NCBI GenBank assembly: GCA_000002445.1
Contig: CP000067.1
Span: 576,001-640,000 of the forward strand
Source of the DNA: Trypanosoma brucei
Taxonomy: Eukaryota
Direction of reading: 5' to 3'
Length of the DNA: 64,000 bases
Position numbers and translations under genes: made by a program. Below the pieces are notes generated by a model. That model made no database searches. It saw only the letters and a program-made list of their open reading frames with translations, and was not told the DNA's origin. How positions within the stretch are numbered: position 1 is the stretch's first letter; each line of letters starts with the position of its first letter. Positions 21,001 through 32,397 of this stretch are shown in pieces.

Positions 21001-21331
21001 CTCGTTCCTTTTTCATCCCTATCCTATCTGAGTTTTTTTTTCTTGATGGACTGTTATCCCTTCTTGTGCTGTGATATGTTGCGTGTCTCTCCGCGCTTTG
21101 TATTTGTATTCACGAGGTGGCACCCGCCTGCGTAAGTTTAGCCAATGATGGAATGGTGTTCGCGGTCTCAACAGTTGAGCACCTCCCCACACCTCAAATC
21201 CACCTCTTTTTTTTTTCCACTCTACCTCTTCCATCGTGTTGTGATGAACCGTTGTGCATTATGTATTTCATTTACGTGTGCTATGGAGAGGAAGTGTAGC
21301 TGCTTGTTGTGCGGTGGTTTTACTTCTTTAT
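21001..21331. repeat. Copy B of the ~332 bp dispersed element, in the 3' flank of the hexose transporter
   Basis: Near-identical to 4972-5303. It starts 52 nt after the transporter stop. Confidence 0.9.
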
Positions 21332-21748
21332 CTTTTGCTTTTTCGCTTCACCAAAAATGTTTACCCTGCCGGGGAGGGAGGAGAGGAGCTTACGATTTTT
21401 TACTGTACTGAAGATTGCATTTTCTTCTAGATACATTTCTGAGGCCGTTCCACACAAACACAGTATTACTGTCGAGAATTTGGATAGTTATTTTATTTCC
21501 TTGTTGTTTCGATTTTTCTTTTATTCATCCATGCCTCAGGCTCTGCGTGTTTATCATTCCATCTGTACGCGCATATCTGTGTTTTGGTTCGTTGGTTGGT
21601 GTGCAGCGAGGTGGATCATCCTTGATATACATACATATATATATATATTTATATATATATTTGTTTCACTCTCTCCTGTTAGGTAAAGCATCACGAGGAA
21701 GAGGGAAAGCAAGAGTAAAAGTAACTAATTGGCGCCCCAGAAGGGAAA

Positions 21749-23869
21749 ATGTCTGCGGTTTCTTCTCCTAAGCAGTCTCAGCATTCCGATGTGAAATTTC
21801 CTGAGATTGTGCCACGGATGGATGAAGCGATGGATGAGGTAAAAGAGGAGGCGCAAGTGGAGAGAGAGGAAGTAGAAGAAGAATTCCACTTACCTGTCTG
21901 TTTTCGCATGCATTATGATGCACTTCCATATCCACGAACAAATGTCTTCCGTGGGCCAAGTACGTATCGATTGCATTCCCAGATTGTTTTGCCGTTCATA
22001 AAACCGCTGTCCTCCGCCACTGTTGGTGAGTTGGTGTCCCGCTTCACCGCACGGGCGTTCAAGTGTTACCCTGAGCTATCTGATTTTGTGGTTGAGGCCT
22101 TGTATCCGTGCTTTCAAGGGACGACAACTAGTGGTGATAATGTATTCATTGGTCATTTGTCGGACCGTATTGTTGTCAAGGAGCATGCAGCGTCCCCGCT
22201 GTTGAGCTTCCTCGCTCCCACCACACCGGGCAAAACGGCGGTGTATGACCTTTTCACGCTATGGAGGGGGACAAAAACGCGTTGTGGATCAGCACAAATG
22301 CCGGTGCTGGCTCCCATATGCCATAATGCTGACATGAAAAATGGTGGAAGGCAGCAGGAAAACGCAATGATTTACACGTGGCCCAACGTGTCTCTCAGTG
22401 AAATCCCCTACCCGCTCAAGCACAGATGTCCCCTCACGAAGTTGCCTCCACTCTTCAGCTCAGGAGAGGAAGGTGGTTTATGCGATGGCTTACCTGCGGT
22501 TCATTCGCGATTAAACCCGGAGCAGAGGAAGCTGCTGGACCAACTCGTTGGTTTTGAGTCGGAGGAACGTCACGCTCGCAGTAGTATTTTGGAAGATGAA
22601 GGAGTGTCTTGGAGAAGCTTTCGGGAATGGGAATTAGACGCTAGGCGACGTACAGTGGTTCTGTTGCGTCTGAAGAGTAGAGATGCATCTAAAGTACCAT
22701 TATGTGGTCTTGAAGAGTTTAATGTACCCGAGTTTCCCCGCACGTACCCTGTGGATACGGTTCCACTAATATCCCCCGAAAAGATGGTAAAGCTTGAAAA
22801 GGTGAAGGAGTACTCGATAGACACTGTTTGGCTATCCCGCGCATTTGCCAGGTATGAGAAACGTCAATCTTGCGACACCAACGACACCCAACCGCAGCCG
22901 CTGCCCTCAAAGCTTCGTGAATGCAATGGGAATGCCGTTGCATCAAGCGCACAACTAGGTGAGAACATAGACAATAGTGTTGATAAGGGCGATGAGTCCG
23001 ATGAGATGGACGAGCTCATTGATCAGTTCGCAGATTTCCGTCGCGACTTGCTAATGTTGGAGCGCAAAGAGTTCCGTAGTCTTACAGCAGGATTTCGGCT
23101 CATTCTGGAGCGGCAGAGAGAGTTTGAAGAGGAGTACATGAAGGAAATAATGGCTGATGAGCTACGCGGTACGGATGTGTTAGATGCTGAAAGCTATGAG
23201 GCGCCTTATGATTCGCAGAATGTCAATGGCGCATGGACTTGTGTCGCAAGAATGAGCGCATCTCCACAAGATTATAGTGCAAATCTGCCAAATGGGTGCG
23301 CTGCGTCGTCGCCGGCGCCACCGTCCACATGCGCATCACCTGCTAAAGTGGTAAAGGAGGTCGAGCTAGTTGGAGATTCGCCCAAGTTTCCATCTTATGA
23401 AAAGAGGGAGTGCGACATAGGCGTTAAGGCTGTCACGTGTCCGGACTTCGAGGATGGGATTCCTTACCGCAAGATTCTGACCGATAAAGAGGCACGCGTT
23501 CGGGCTGCACTCGATACCATTGAACGTATTGATTCCCAGTGGTCTGAACCCATGTGGTTGAAGGTGGGGAAACGTCGTGTGGAGCATTGTGAAGCTGATG
23601 TACGACGTAAGTTGTATGCGGACGAGGTTGCTAGGAGATGTGATATATGCATTTGTCAGAGGCAGGATGTGGAACACATGAAAGAGAAGAAACGCCTTGC
23701 GCTCGTCAGAGCCTTTGAACCTATCGTCGAGGGAGAGGAAGAGGACCGTATGGCTATTTACGAGGAAGAGGAGCGTTGGCGATCGCTTCTTCTTTCCTTG
23801 TGTCTCCGTGGTGTAGTGCTGCTGAAGACTTTTAGGCCTCAGCGTTGGGGATGGGACGATGATGTATAA
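21749..23869 (+). CDS. Hypothetical protein (706 aa) with an acidic N-terminus; no recognisable domain
   Basis: A long ORF with an ATG start and complex sequence, preceded by polyY and AG at about 21660-21680. Confidence 0.55.
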   Translation: MSAVSSPKQSQHSDVKFPEIVPRMDEAMDEVKEEAQVEREEVEEEFHLPVCFRMHYDALPYPRTNVFRGPSTYRLHSQIVLPFIKPLSSATVGELVSRFTARAFKCYPELSDFVVEALYPCFQGTTTSGDNVFIGHLSDRIVVKEHAASPLLSFLAPTTPGKTAVYDLFTLWRGTKTRCGSAQMPVLAPICHNADMKNGGRQQENAMIYTWPNVSLSEIPYPLKHRCPLTKLPPLFSSGEEGGLCDGLPAVHSRLNPEQRKLLDQLVGFESEERHARSSILEDEGVSWRSFREWELDARRRTVVLLRLKSRDASKVPLCGLEEFNVPEFPRTYPVDTVPLISPEKMVKLEKVKEYSIDTVWLSRAFARYEKRQSCDTNDTQPQPLPSKLRECNGNAVASSAQLGENIDNSVDKGDESDEMDELIDQFADFRRDLLMLERKEFRSLTAGFRLILERQREFEEEYMKEIMADELRGTDVLDAESYEAPYDSQNVNGAWTCVARMSASPQDYSANLPNGCAASSPAPPSTCASPAKVVKEVELVGDSPKFPSYEKRECDIGVKAVTCPDFEDGIPYRKILTDKEARVRAALDTIERIDSQWSEPMWLKVGKRRVEHCEADVRRKLYADEVARRCDICICQRQDVEHMKEKKRLALVRAFEPIVEGEEEDRMAIYEEEERWRSLLLSLCLRGVVLLKTFRPQRWGWDDDV

Positions 23870-24900
23870 ACAGCTTACATGCTTCTCTTTTCTTTTCTTT
23901 TTTTGTTGTTGGTGTTACAGACAGGGAAGAAGAAGAGAGAGGGTTTCAGATTTATCTGTTATGGATGGGGGCTGAAAACGCATCTGTGGGACTGCATAGG
24001 GGTGGATGCGAATGAGTAATTTATAACTCGTTCCCCATGTCCGAGTGAGCTTGTGCTCATGTTAACAACTTACTTAACTGTTTGTGCGTTGCCCTTCCTT
24101 CCTTCGTTTATGTTTTTTTTATGTTTTCCTTTTAGGGGGTTTAATTTTATTTCACCTCTCATGAGCAGCGTAAGGGGGAAACCCAGCAGTGAGCTGCCCT
24201 TCGTATGGCGTGAATGGCCCTTCCATGTAGGGTAACCTTTTGTTATTGTCGTTATCACACCGTGTTGTGGTTGTCATTTATGTAACTCTTCCGCTTCCCT
24301 CTCTTTTTTCCTGAATTTTTAAATGACCCTGTCTTTTTGTCTTGCCCGTTGTGCATTACATCATGCAGTGTGTTATCGTTTGCGTGGTTCTTCCCTATTC
24401 AACTACCCCCGCTTCGGGGAGCGTGGGGTGGGGGGAAGAGGTGGGGAAAATATGGGAGGGAAGGGAAGGAGCCGTACTACCGCGGACAACTCATGTATTT
24501 TACACTTTTTTCCCCCCCCCCCTCACTCTTGCTGTTGTTTGTTTGGAATCGTTTTGTGATGTTCCCCTCCCCCCCCCCTTCCTTTACGTTGCAGATCCGC
24601 ATCCCTTTGAGCAAGAGGGGAAAAGGAAAAAGAAAATGCCCAGGGGAGGGGGAAATGTGAAATGTATGTGATACGTAACCCCCTCCCTGTACTTGTACAT
24701 TTTTTTTCTTTTAATTGTTATTATCACAAGCACTGTATCAGAGAGCAAGGGTGTAAAAAACAAAGACAATACCAAAAGGAATCATTAAGCTTTTAGAAAG
24801 AGGGGAATACAAAAATTAGGGGAAAGGGTAGAGAAGTTGCCGTGTGTATCGATACTTGCGTTCGTGTTTGTATCCTTGTTGACACTCACAAGAGTAGTGG

Positions 24901-24944
24901 TGGTGACGTCTGTGTGTGTGTGTGCGTGTGTGTGTGTATGTGTG
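24901..24944. repeat. (TG)n imperfect microsatellite
   Basis: Direct read: tgtgtgtgtgtgtgcgtgtgtgtgtgtatgtgtgtatatatg. Confidence 0.85.
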
Positions 24945-25241
24945 TATATATGGGAGAGTAAAAAAGGAGGAGGAATCAACATCGACACTAACAGAAAACA
25001 TCTAATGGTGTTGATGCGTAAGTTTCGATGCCATGGCGGGGTGCAGTGCAACTGTGCCCTCCACTGCTTTTACTTTTATCGCTGCCCCTTATTATGTACA
25101 AATATACCGATACGTACTGCTGCGGTACTGAGCTCCCTTAGAAGATCCTCACCACTGCTGTCTGATCCCTACGAAAGCGGCACAAAAAAAACCTTCTCCC
25201 CCCGTCGAGCCTTTATTCACACCACAGAAAGAAGCAAATTG

Positions 25242-27245
25242 ATGTCGGAGGAAATAATTACAAAGCTTCGGGAGGTTGTTGGCTTGGATGAAAAGAATGC
25301 GAAGGATTTGTCCACGAAGCCTGAACGTGTGACGGACCTTCTCGAGTTCTTCGGCGTCCAGGGAATTACGGCCGCCTCGCCTCGGGAGCAAAAGGTGATG
25401 ATGTTCAATATTTGGACAAAGGTGAAACTCTCCGAGCATCGTGACCACATCGCCACTTACGTAAAGAATAATAAGCTCGACTCCACGCAGAAGGTGGACG
25501 CTGCCGTGCGGTTTGTTAATGCCCTCAAGGCGAACGCCGCGTTTGAAGTTGCGAAGTTTGAGGAAGAGTGCGGTGTCGGTGTTGTATTGTCCCGTGATGA
25601 TACCGTCAGGCTTGTGAAGGAGGCACTGGAAGCGGAGGATCCCAAAGTGCTCAAGGCTTCGTGGGTGAAGAATCCCAATATGCTCATTGGTAAGGTGAAA
25701 CGAGCAAAGGGACTGCAGTGGGCCGACATCAGCGTGGTAAAGTCTGCAGTGGAGGAAATGGTGCCCCCCATGATTGAAGGTGTTGTACTTGAGGAAGCAC
25801 CCAGTAAACCAAAGCAGGCAGCACCGTCTGCTCCGTCCGGTAAGGGAGCGGGAGGCGCACAGCAGTGCCCACGCAACGATGACTGGAAGAACGTCGTTGA
25901 TACGAAGAAACGCAATCTTATTGGCGATTTACCCAAGTGCAAGGAAGGTGAAATTGTGCACGTAATTGGGTGGGCGCATCGTGTCCGGCATCAGTCACGC
26001 ATTTCCTTTGTTGTACTACGTGATGGTTCGGGCTACATTCAAGTGGTTTTTGGAGGCGAAACGGAACCGTTTCATCGAGAGACGTCGTTGGCTATCCGTG
26101 GAAGACTGAAACACGAACCAAAGGCCAAAGCCGAGTTGCAGCCCCCGTACGAACTGCACGTGGAGGAGTACGCTATCATTGGCAACTCAGACGGAAGCAT
26201 TGAAAACGTTATTACAGCTGAAAGCTCCCCTGATAAATTGCTGGATGATAGACATTTAGTCATTAGAGGAACGTATGGATCTACAACACTAAAGGTGCGG
26301 CATGAACTTATTCGTGCCTTCCGCGAGTACTTCTGGTCCAAGGGGATGTACGAAGTAACACCGCCAACGCTTGTGGGTACTCAGTGTGAGGGTGGGTCAA
26401 CTCTTTTTGACGTGATGTATTACGGAAAGAAGGCGTATCTCACTCAGTCCTCTCAGTTATACCTGGAAGCCTGCACAGCTTCCCTTGGAGATGTTTACTG
26501 TCTCCTTTCAAGCTACAGAGCAGAGAAATCCAAAACGAAACGCCATCTAAGTGAGTACACACACTTGGAAGTGGAGTATGCGGTGTGCAATTTTGAGGAG
26601 ATGTTGACATATATTGAGGACCTCATCGTGTCGGTGTTCAACATGGTGATTGAACGTGTCGGTGACCTCATTGCCTTCATGAATCCCAAGCAATTGGTCG
26701 ATCCGAACGGCAACCCACGCGATCCCAAGAACTGGAAACTGGCGCCGAAGAAACCCTTCAGGCGGCTCAAGTATGCTGATGCAATTAAATTCTGCAACGA
26801 GCACAACATATTAAACCCCGAGACCAATGAGCCATTCAAATTCGGTGAGGACATCACTGATCAACCGGAGCGGGCAATGGTGGGAATGATTGGCGAGATT
26901 GTTTTAATGACGCATTTCCCTGCCGAAATGAAGTCCTTTTACATGGCTCGGGATGATCATGACAACCGGCTCACGGAGTCAGTGGATGTGTTGGCGCCCG
27001 GCATTGGTGAAGTGGTTGGCGGCTCGATGCGTATGTGGGATTATGATGAGTTAATGGAGGCATACAAACGCGAGGGTCTCGACCCCGAGGTGTACTACTG
27101 GTATACGGAGCAGCGGAAGTACGGCTCAACTCCGCACGGTGGTTTCGGGTTGGGGCTGGAGCGGCTGCTTGTGTGGCTGTTGGATCTTGACTCCGTAAGG
27201 GATGCGTGTTTGTTCCCACGTTATATGGGTCGATGCCAACCCTAA
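25242..27245 (+). CDS. Asparaginyl-tRNA synthetase (class IIb) with a eukaryote-type N-terminal extension
   Basis: Class II motif 2 (YRAEKSKTKRHLSEYTHLEVE) and motif 3 (GGFGLGLERLLVWLL) are present. An AsnRS-type AYLTQSSQLYLE block and an OB anticodon-binding region (IGWAHRVRHQSRISFVVLRDGSGYIQVV) are also present. The upstream part of the track ORF is a (TG)n-containing non-coding translation, so I moved the start to the ATG at 25242 (MSEEIITKL...). Confidence 0.85.
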   Translation: MSEEIITKLREVVGLDEKNAKDLSTKPERVTDLLEFFGVQGITAASPREQKVMMFNIWTKVKLSEHRDHIATYVKNNKLDSTQKVDAAVRFVNALKANAAFEVAKFEEECGVGVVLSRDDTVRLVKEALEAEDPKVLKASWVKNPNMLIGKVKRAKGLQWADISVVKSAVEEMVPPMIEGVVLEEAPSKPKQAAPSAPSGKGAGGAQQCPRNDDWKNVVDTKKRNLIGDLPKCKEGEIVHVIGWAHRVRHQSRISFVVLRDGSGYIQVVFGGETEPFHRETSLAIRGRLKHEPKAKAELQPPYELHVEEYAIIGNSDGSIENVITAESSPDKLLDDRHLVIRGTYGSTTLKVRHELIRAFREYFWSKGMYEVTPPTLVGTQCEGGSTLFDVMYYGKKAYLTQSSQLYLEACTASLGDVYCLLSSYRAEKSKTKRHLSEYTHLEVEYAVCNFEEMLTYIEDLIVSVFNMVIERVGDLIAFMNPKQLVDPNGNPRDPKNWKLAPKKPFRRLKYADAIKFCNEHNILNPETNEPFKFGEDITDQPERAMVGMIGEIVLMTHFPAEMKSFYMARDDHDNRLTESVDVLAPGIGEVVGGSMRMWDYDELMEAYKREGLDPEVYYWYTEQRKYGSTPHGGFGLGLERLLVWLLDLDSVRDACLFPRYMGRCQP

Positions 27246-28608
27246 TGTTCATGTGGCGTGTCAATTAACTATTTAATCGAAGTAAAGCAATCAAGGGGGG
27301 GGGCAACCGTAGGCAAAGCATATATATATATATATACTAAAAATGAAGTAGACCTGCGATGATTGGGAATCCAACAATGAAACTAAGTGAAAACTATCCG
27401 GGAAAAGAGGAAAACGGGGGAAGACAATCCGCTAATTATCCGTTACTGCATTAAAATAGAGCGGAGAGAGTGCGTGCAAAACGATTTCTGTAGTGGACTG
27501 TTGGCCCGGCGGGAGAGCATGTGGTGTGACGAGAGGGCGAGTTATGGAAAGTTTTTTTTTTCTTACGTGTTGCATTTGGGCGGAGTGGGGGCTGAAACTG
27601 AACTCCTTATCATTTATTCGCTATTTAATCTCAGTTGAGCTCCACTCGCATCCCTTGAGGAAGGTGTCAGCAGGATGATGGGAATACCTTTTAAGGTTAC
27701 GAAGCGTACGTGTGTGTGTGTGTGTGTTTTGATCTTGCCAACCTTTTTGCTGTTGTTTCCAGCATTAGACGGGGGCTTGTCCAACCTGAGCTCTCCGGTG
27801 TTGTGAATATTCCCAATTTCCTGTGATTGTTTTCCTTTTTGTTTTGTTTTGTTATTGCTTGGTTGCTCCCTGTTTGTATCTCTTTCCCTGACCGGAGAGG
27901 GGGCCAAAACGAAGTGGCAGCGTGCAGCCAGTCGCAGGATTGCGGAAGACCTTTGGAAAGAAGGAGGAAAAAGGCGGTTGGGGGTGAAGTGTGACATGAC
28001 GTAATGTAAAAAACAAAACAAATAACAATGGTAATTAGTTAAATAAAATGGAGGAGGGGTTAATAGTGTAACACTTTAAAAATAAAAGTTTTTTTTTTAA
28101 AAAAGGAGGTGTTTATATTTACATTTAGGTGTAATTCGTGTTAAAACATCGTAGCGGCAGGTGAATTACACCTTTGATGTTGCAGATGGTGTTGGCGTTC
28201 AAATTAAAGGGGGAAAAACACATTCACGTTGATGCCTCTTTGGAAAATATTACTTTTATTCTTTTTTTCTTATTGTTGCCGACATCAATAACGCGGTTGG
28301 CGCTCATAACTCTCGTACATATATATATATATACAGAAGGTGTGAGCGAGGTAATTACTTAGAGGTAGCCAAAGCATTTTTTTTCCACATCGCGGGAAAC
28401 AATTCAGAAGGAGGAGACGAGCAGACTCATCGACACCCAGATTAAAATACACGCAGGTATCCCTTTTATTAAACTGAGGGCAAAGGAGTACTTCGTGCTT
28501 CAGTTTTCCCTCCGGGGGCCTAACTTTCGTCTCAGCCACACCCGCTGATTTTTTTTATTATTATCACTACTATTATTTTACGAGTAACTTCCCCGTCACG
28601 CGCTACTA

Positions 28609-29043
28609 ATGGTTGTGTTTCACCAATTGATACTTCCACTAGGGGTACTGCTTTTACTGCACAGTATTTACCTCGCGCTGAGTGCTCGTGAGCAACTTCA
28701 GGAACAGCACCACGGGACTGGTGAATCCCTCAATAGAGGCGACTATTTTCCCATGACGTCTTTACGCACGGGAGCTGTGACAGGCAGCAGTGGCGCAACA
28801 TTGTACATCTTCGCAGAGTTACTTGTAGGTGTCGCTGTATCGATAATTGGATATGTGAAGCGCTCAACCTTCAAACCCGCGCGACTCATCGACAAAAACT
28901 GTTTTGACCGTTACGACAGCATTGCTTACACAGGTGTGGGTTTTATGCATTTCAATCATCGCGGAGCAGGAACAGCAAGGCGAAGCGCAAAGACACCCAA
29001 CGGGGAGAGCATTCGAGCATCAACAGGGAAGAAACATGCGTAA
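28609..29043 (+). CDS. Small hypothetical protein (144 aa) with an N-terminal hydrophobic signal/anchor
   Basis: The ORF starts at an ATG immediately downstream of a polyY tract, with a second hydrophobic segment. There is no homology I can recognise. Confidence 0.3.
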   Translation: MVVFHQLILPLGVLLLLHSIYLALSAREQLQEQHHGTGESLNRGDYFPMTSLRTGAVTGSSGATLYIFAELLVGVAVSIIGYVKRSTFKPARLIDKNCFDRYDSIAYTGVGFMHFNHRGAGTARRSAKTPNGESIRASTGKKHA

Positions 29044-30107
29044 GATGTTGTCGGTTCTCTCGTTATTTGTTTGTGTAGTCGGCGGCAACAGAGACTGTTG
29101 CAGTTTTGGATCCTTCTTTGGTGTGGTGTAAATGGGATAAGGACGAGAAGTGCATTGTGGTGGCTAGTGAAGGAAAAGCACCAGTGAGTGCGAGTAAGAT
29201 AGATGTGTAGCGTACGCACGGCTTCTCTTTTATTGGTTATCTGTGCGGCCGTCCCGAGGGAAGGGACGACACATCATGTAGGAGGAAATTTGTTTATTCT
29301 CCCCCTGGTTACTGTTTTGTGCTTTACCTTCTATCTGATTGTAACGTTTTGTTGTCTTATTTTTGTAATGGGGCCCATCTTCCGCCATGACGTTGTATTG
29401 CTGTGTATGGGAACAGGGGAAGGGCGAGAATGATGGCGGATGCGTTAAAAGGGAAGAGGGGAAGAATTCAAAAAGAGGACGAGAGGTGGGAGGCCCTTTG
29501 AGCAACAATGGCGGAAAGGGGTGTTCAAACCATACCGTCAATAAAGTGAGACAAGTAAGATGTATGCCGTGGGAAGTAGGGAGGCATCAGGGATATCCGA
29601 TGCCGCTCCTATCGACTTAGCAGTAAATCATCTCTAGCTGTCGCAAATCTGTTTTAAAAGTGCGTGTTTCGTTTTCGTTATTCCTGTTATTATTACTGTC
29701 AATGGCCGAGTCACTTTTGACATAGCGGGGCTCATTGGTGTGACGTTCCCACTTTCGATGGTGACGTGTGTTGCATTTACTTACTTCAACTCCCCTCCCT
29801 TTCACTTTTAATTAATACCTTCGGGTGTGCAAATTATGTTCTTTGCTTCCCTCAGTGGACTTTGTACAGACGTTCACGCCCCATTGTAGGTAATCGTTAA
29901 CCTACTACCCGCACACGGCTCTACATATTTTTTTGTCGAGCAGTGGACTACCGCCTGGGCAAGTGGTTGGCAGGACGGGCATATTAGGTGATTCGTCACC
30001 GCTACAGGGAAAGCAACTGTGAAACCAAAAAGTCAGGAAACCCGAAGGGGGAAAACACAACACGGCGAAGTGAAGCAAAGGGGCGCACATTTTGTTTGTT
30101 TTAGCAA

Positions 30108-30350
30108 ATGTTTAGGAGGACATTCTTTACACCAATGATTGCACAACCAACGCTGTTGATGCTTGGAAACAAGGGCGGTACGCCGAAGCGCAAGAAGAAC
30201 CCGATGCAGCTACGCCGCAAGGTGTACGGGCTGCACTTCAAGGAAAAATACCTCAAAATGGAGGAGTGGTACTACTGCCCGCTGTGCGCAGAGCCCAAGA
30301 AACCCGGCGAATGGTGCCGTCGAGAGGACTGCCGTCAAATTAAACCGTAG
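30108..30350 (+). CDS. Mitochondrial ribosomal protein bL32-like, a zinc-ribbon protein with a putative presequence
   Basis: GGTPKRKKNPMQLRRK resembles the bL32 N-terminus (VPKRRTSKTRKRKRRTH). YYCPLCAEPKKPGEWCRREDC resembles the bL32 zinc ribbon (CPSCGEMKLSHRVCKACG). The N-terminus MFRRTFFTPMIAQPTLL is presequence-like. Confidence 0.5.
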   Translation: MFRRTFFTPMIAQPTLLMLGNKGGTPKRKKNPMQLRRKVYGLHFKEKYLKMEEWYYCPLCAEPKKPGEWCRREDCRQIKP

Positions 30351-30739
30351 GGCTCCAGTGAGTGGTAACATTATCGGAATTCTCAATGATTTCTCCCGCA
30401 CAATCGGTGTCCAACGTCTTCACTTTGAGAAAAGCAGGTGAGACCATGACGTTTTTCTTTTTATGCGAGACAATTATGGAAGGGGAGCTGGAAAAGAAAG
30501 AGAGAGTCGAAGTATTCTCAGAGTCTTTTGTCCTTGTTTCCTTTCAGGCGTTTCACGCTTTATTTCTCCTCTTCCCCCCCCCCTGTTGTGGATCACGTCA
30601 CAAACTTATGCGTCACAAATGTAACGGGTCCGTCCTCACTGTATGTTGTGCCTGTTGGTGAGGTGAGGCGAGGCGTAGTTGCGTGGTGTTTTGAATTGGT
30701 TACTCCGACACCGCACCATGGCTGTTCCACCACGGTGGC

Positions 30740-30845
30740 AATAATTGTAACGACTACGTTTTCCCTGCTTTTCTCTTTCCCCTTTGGATAATTTACTTCG
30801 GCCTGGCACATCACATCACATGATACATATATGTAACCCCACAGA
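30740..30845 (+). promoter_or_regulatory. Polypyrimidine tract plus first downstream AG. Putative trans-splice acceptor for the gene starting at 30859.
   Basis: The polyY run gttttccctgcttttctctttcccctttgg is followed by no AG until cacAG at 30844-30845. The first ATG after that is 30859. Confidence 0.4.
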
Positions 30846-30858
30846 GGAAAGGTGCAGA

Positions 30859-32397
30859 ATGGACTTGATCTTCCCCGAAGAGGCCCACACTGTCACGGTA
30901 AGACACTTTTCGGTTCCCGAACCCCCGGGTGCACCGGAGTTAAGGCAACAAAGTAATTTCCCCATCACCTCCAATCCTCAAATCTCTCCCGCACCTGACC
31001 CTGTTGTCGTGGCCGCAATTCAGCGCCGGATTGAGTGCGGCAGCGGGTTATCTAGTTGTGGTGAAAGTGGTGACTCAATGGATAATGCCAGTGATCCGGC
31101 ACGTCGATTAGCACACCTGCAGTCCGCCCTCTCGATCCTTTGCCACACGGCTGCGATGGATAAGTCGCAATTCTTTCTATACCGGAAACAAGTAAGCAAA
31201 AAAAGCACAAATGATAACGCAGAATGTGCTTCAACAACGGATTATTCAATCACCGACATTTATACTACCGTGCGGGCGTTGAAATTAGAGTATGATGAAG
31301 CAGTAAAACACTCAAGGGATGAAAAAGGAACCCAAACGGCAAACGCAGAAGTCTTGGAGTTGGCGCGCCGCAGAACCGAGTGCCGTGTGGATGACTGCTT
31401 GCGCCTTTTGGAGCCAACTATCACTGAACTTATACTCGACTTTACCCACGTGAAGAAAGTACCTGTCGCCTACACTGAGGAGATGCTTCAAGGGTTGCCG
31501 CAGGTGTTCGCCATGGAGAGGTGGCCGTGTACTATTTTGCGGAAGGAAACTGACGATTTCGTTGGGCAAAAGCGTCCACGTGTCTCTTCGCGACCTCTCG
31601 CAGGCGAAAGCGGTCGTGGTGAGTCTTTTTTTGAGCATAACGATGTGGCACACGCGGCTACCGCAGTTGTCTTTAAAGCCCTGCGGGACCTGAGGAAAAA
31701 CGACTACATGTGCCTGCTCGGCGATAAAACATTAACTTCAGCTCCAAAAGCAGCCGATGTGTCGCGATCGCATCTTACTTATGGAGAGCTGGTTGAAAGA
31801 ACCCTCAGCGGTGTTTATCGGGAGCGGGGTCTATTAGCTGCATTGTATGACGTCAAGCGGCTTCTCTACGGTGCATACGATGCCGCACCTGCTGAGCACG
31901 CTCCAACTATCAAGTCACTTCACGCTCAGTTTGAGCAAGATTTGCGCCGCCATTACAGTGCGTTTCTCAGCAAAACTGGACTGCGCTGCAGGGCTAACGA
32001 CTTTGTTCTTCAGGTGAAAACAATGTTTGACATAAACCCACTTCCCGCTTCTAGAGAAGTGAAGGATGGCGAAGGAGGGGTGCCGTTGTACAGCGAGACG
32101 CAGAAGAAGTGTCTGAAACTTTTGGGTCATCTACGCGCTGTAGACAGCAAAGGGTGGTTTGAGTACCCGGCATTTGACTTGGCGAACATTGAACTCAGTA
32201 GCATTGAGCGCTGGATTTGCGGGCCACCCTTCAGCACCAAAACAGACCGTGAGGCGTTTGTGGCATTGCGTGATGTGTTGGAACAAATGGTGGATAACTG
32301 TGTGTTAAGTTATGGACCTACCAGCCAGTATAGTCGTGTGATTACGATGGTGCGGCAACGCCTGGTGGAGGCTTCTCAAGAGGTTGGACTTCTGTAG
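30859..32397 (+). CDS. Hypothetical protein (~512 aa); no recognisable domain
   Basis: A long complex ORF. The ORF-track start is TTG. In-frame ATGs lie at 30820 and 30859. The first AG after the polyY tract lies between them, so 30859 is favoured. Confidence 0.5.
   Translation: MDLIFPEEAHTVTVRHFSVPEPPGAPELRQQSNFPITSNPQISPAPDPVVVAAIQRRIECGSGLSSCGESGDSMDNASDPARRLAHLQSALSILCHTAAMDKSQFFLYRKQVSKKSTNDNAECASTTDYSITDIYTTVRALKLEYDEAVKHSRDEKGTQTANAEVLELARRRTECRVDDCLRLLEPTITELILDFTHVKKVPVAYTEEMLQGLPQVFAMERWPCTILRKETDDFVGQKRPRVSSRPLAGESGRGESFFEHNDVAHAATAVVFKALRDLRKNDYMCLLGDKTLTSAPKAADVSRSHLTYGELVERTLSGVYRERGLLAALYDVKRLLYGAYDAAPAEHAPTIKSLHAQFEQDLRRHYSAFLSKTGLRCRANDFVLQVKTMFDINPLPASREVKDGEGGVPLYSETQKKCLKLLGHLRAVDSKGWFEYPAFDLANIELSSIERWICGPPFSTKTDREAFVALRDVLEQMVDNCVLSYGPTSQYSRVITMVRQRLVEASQEVGLL

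Noticed and set aside
27680-27725. Possible box C/D snoRNA (gaugaugg ... cuga-like) near a (TG)n tract. Similar checks were made at 1514 and 12701.
   Set aside because: The C box is imperfect. There is no D box at the proper spacing, no terminal stem, and no tandem cluster organisation as is typical for trypanosome snoRNAs.
28125-28172. 10 bp perfect inverted repeat (ggtgtaattc / gaattacacc) with 27 nt spacer
   Set aside because: It is isolated and short, has no associated ORF or repeat family, and is compatible with chance in AT-rich spacer DNA.
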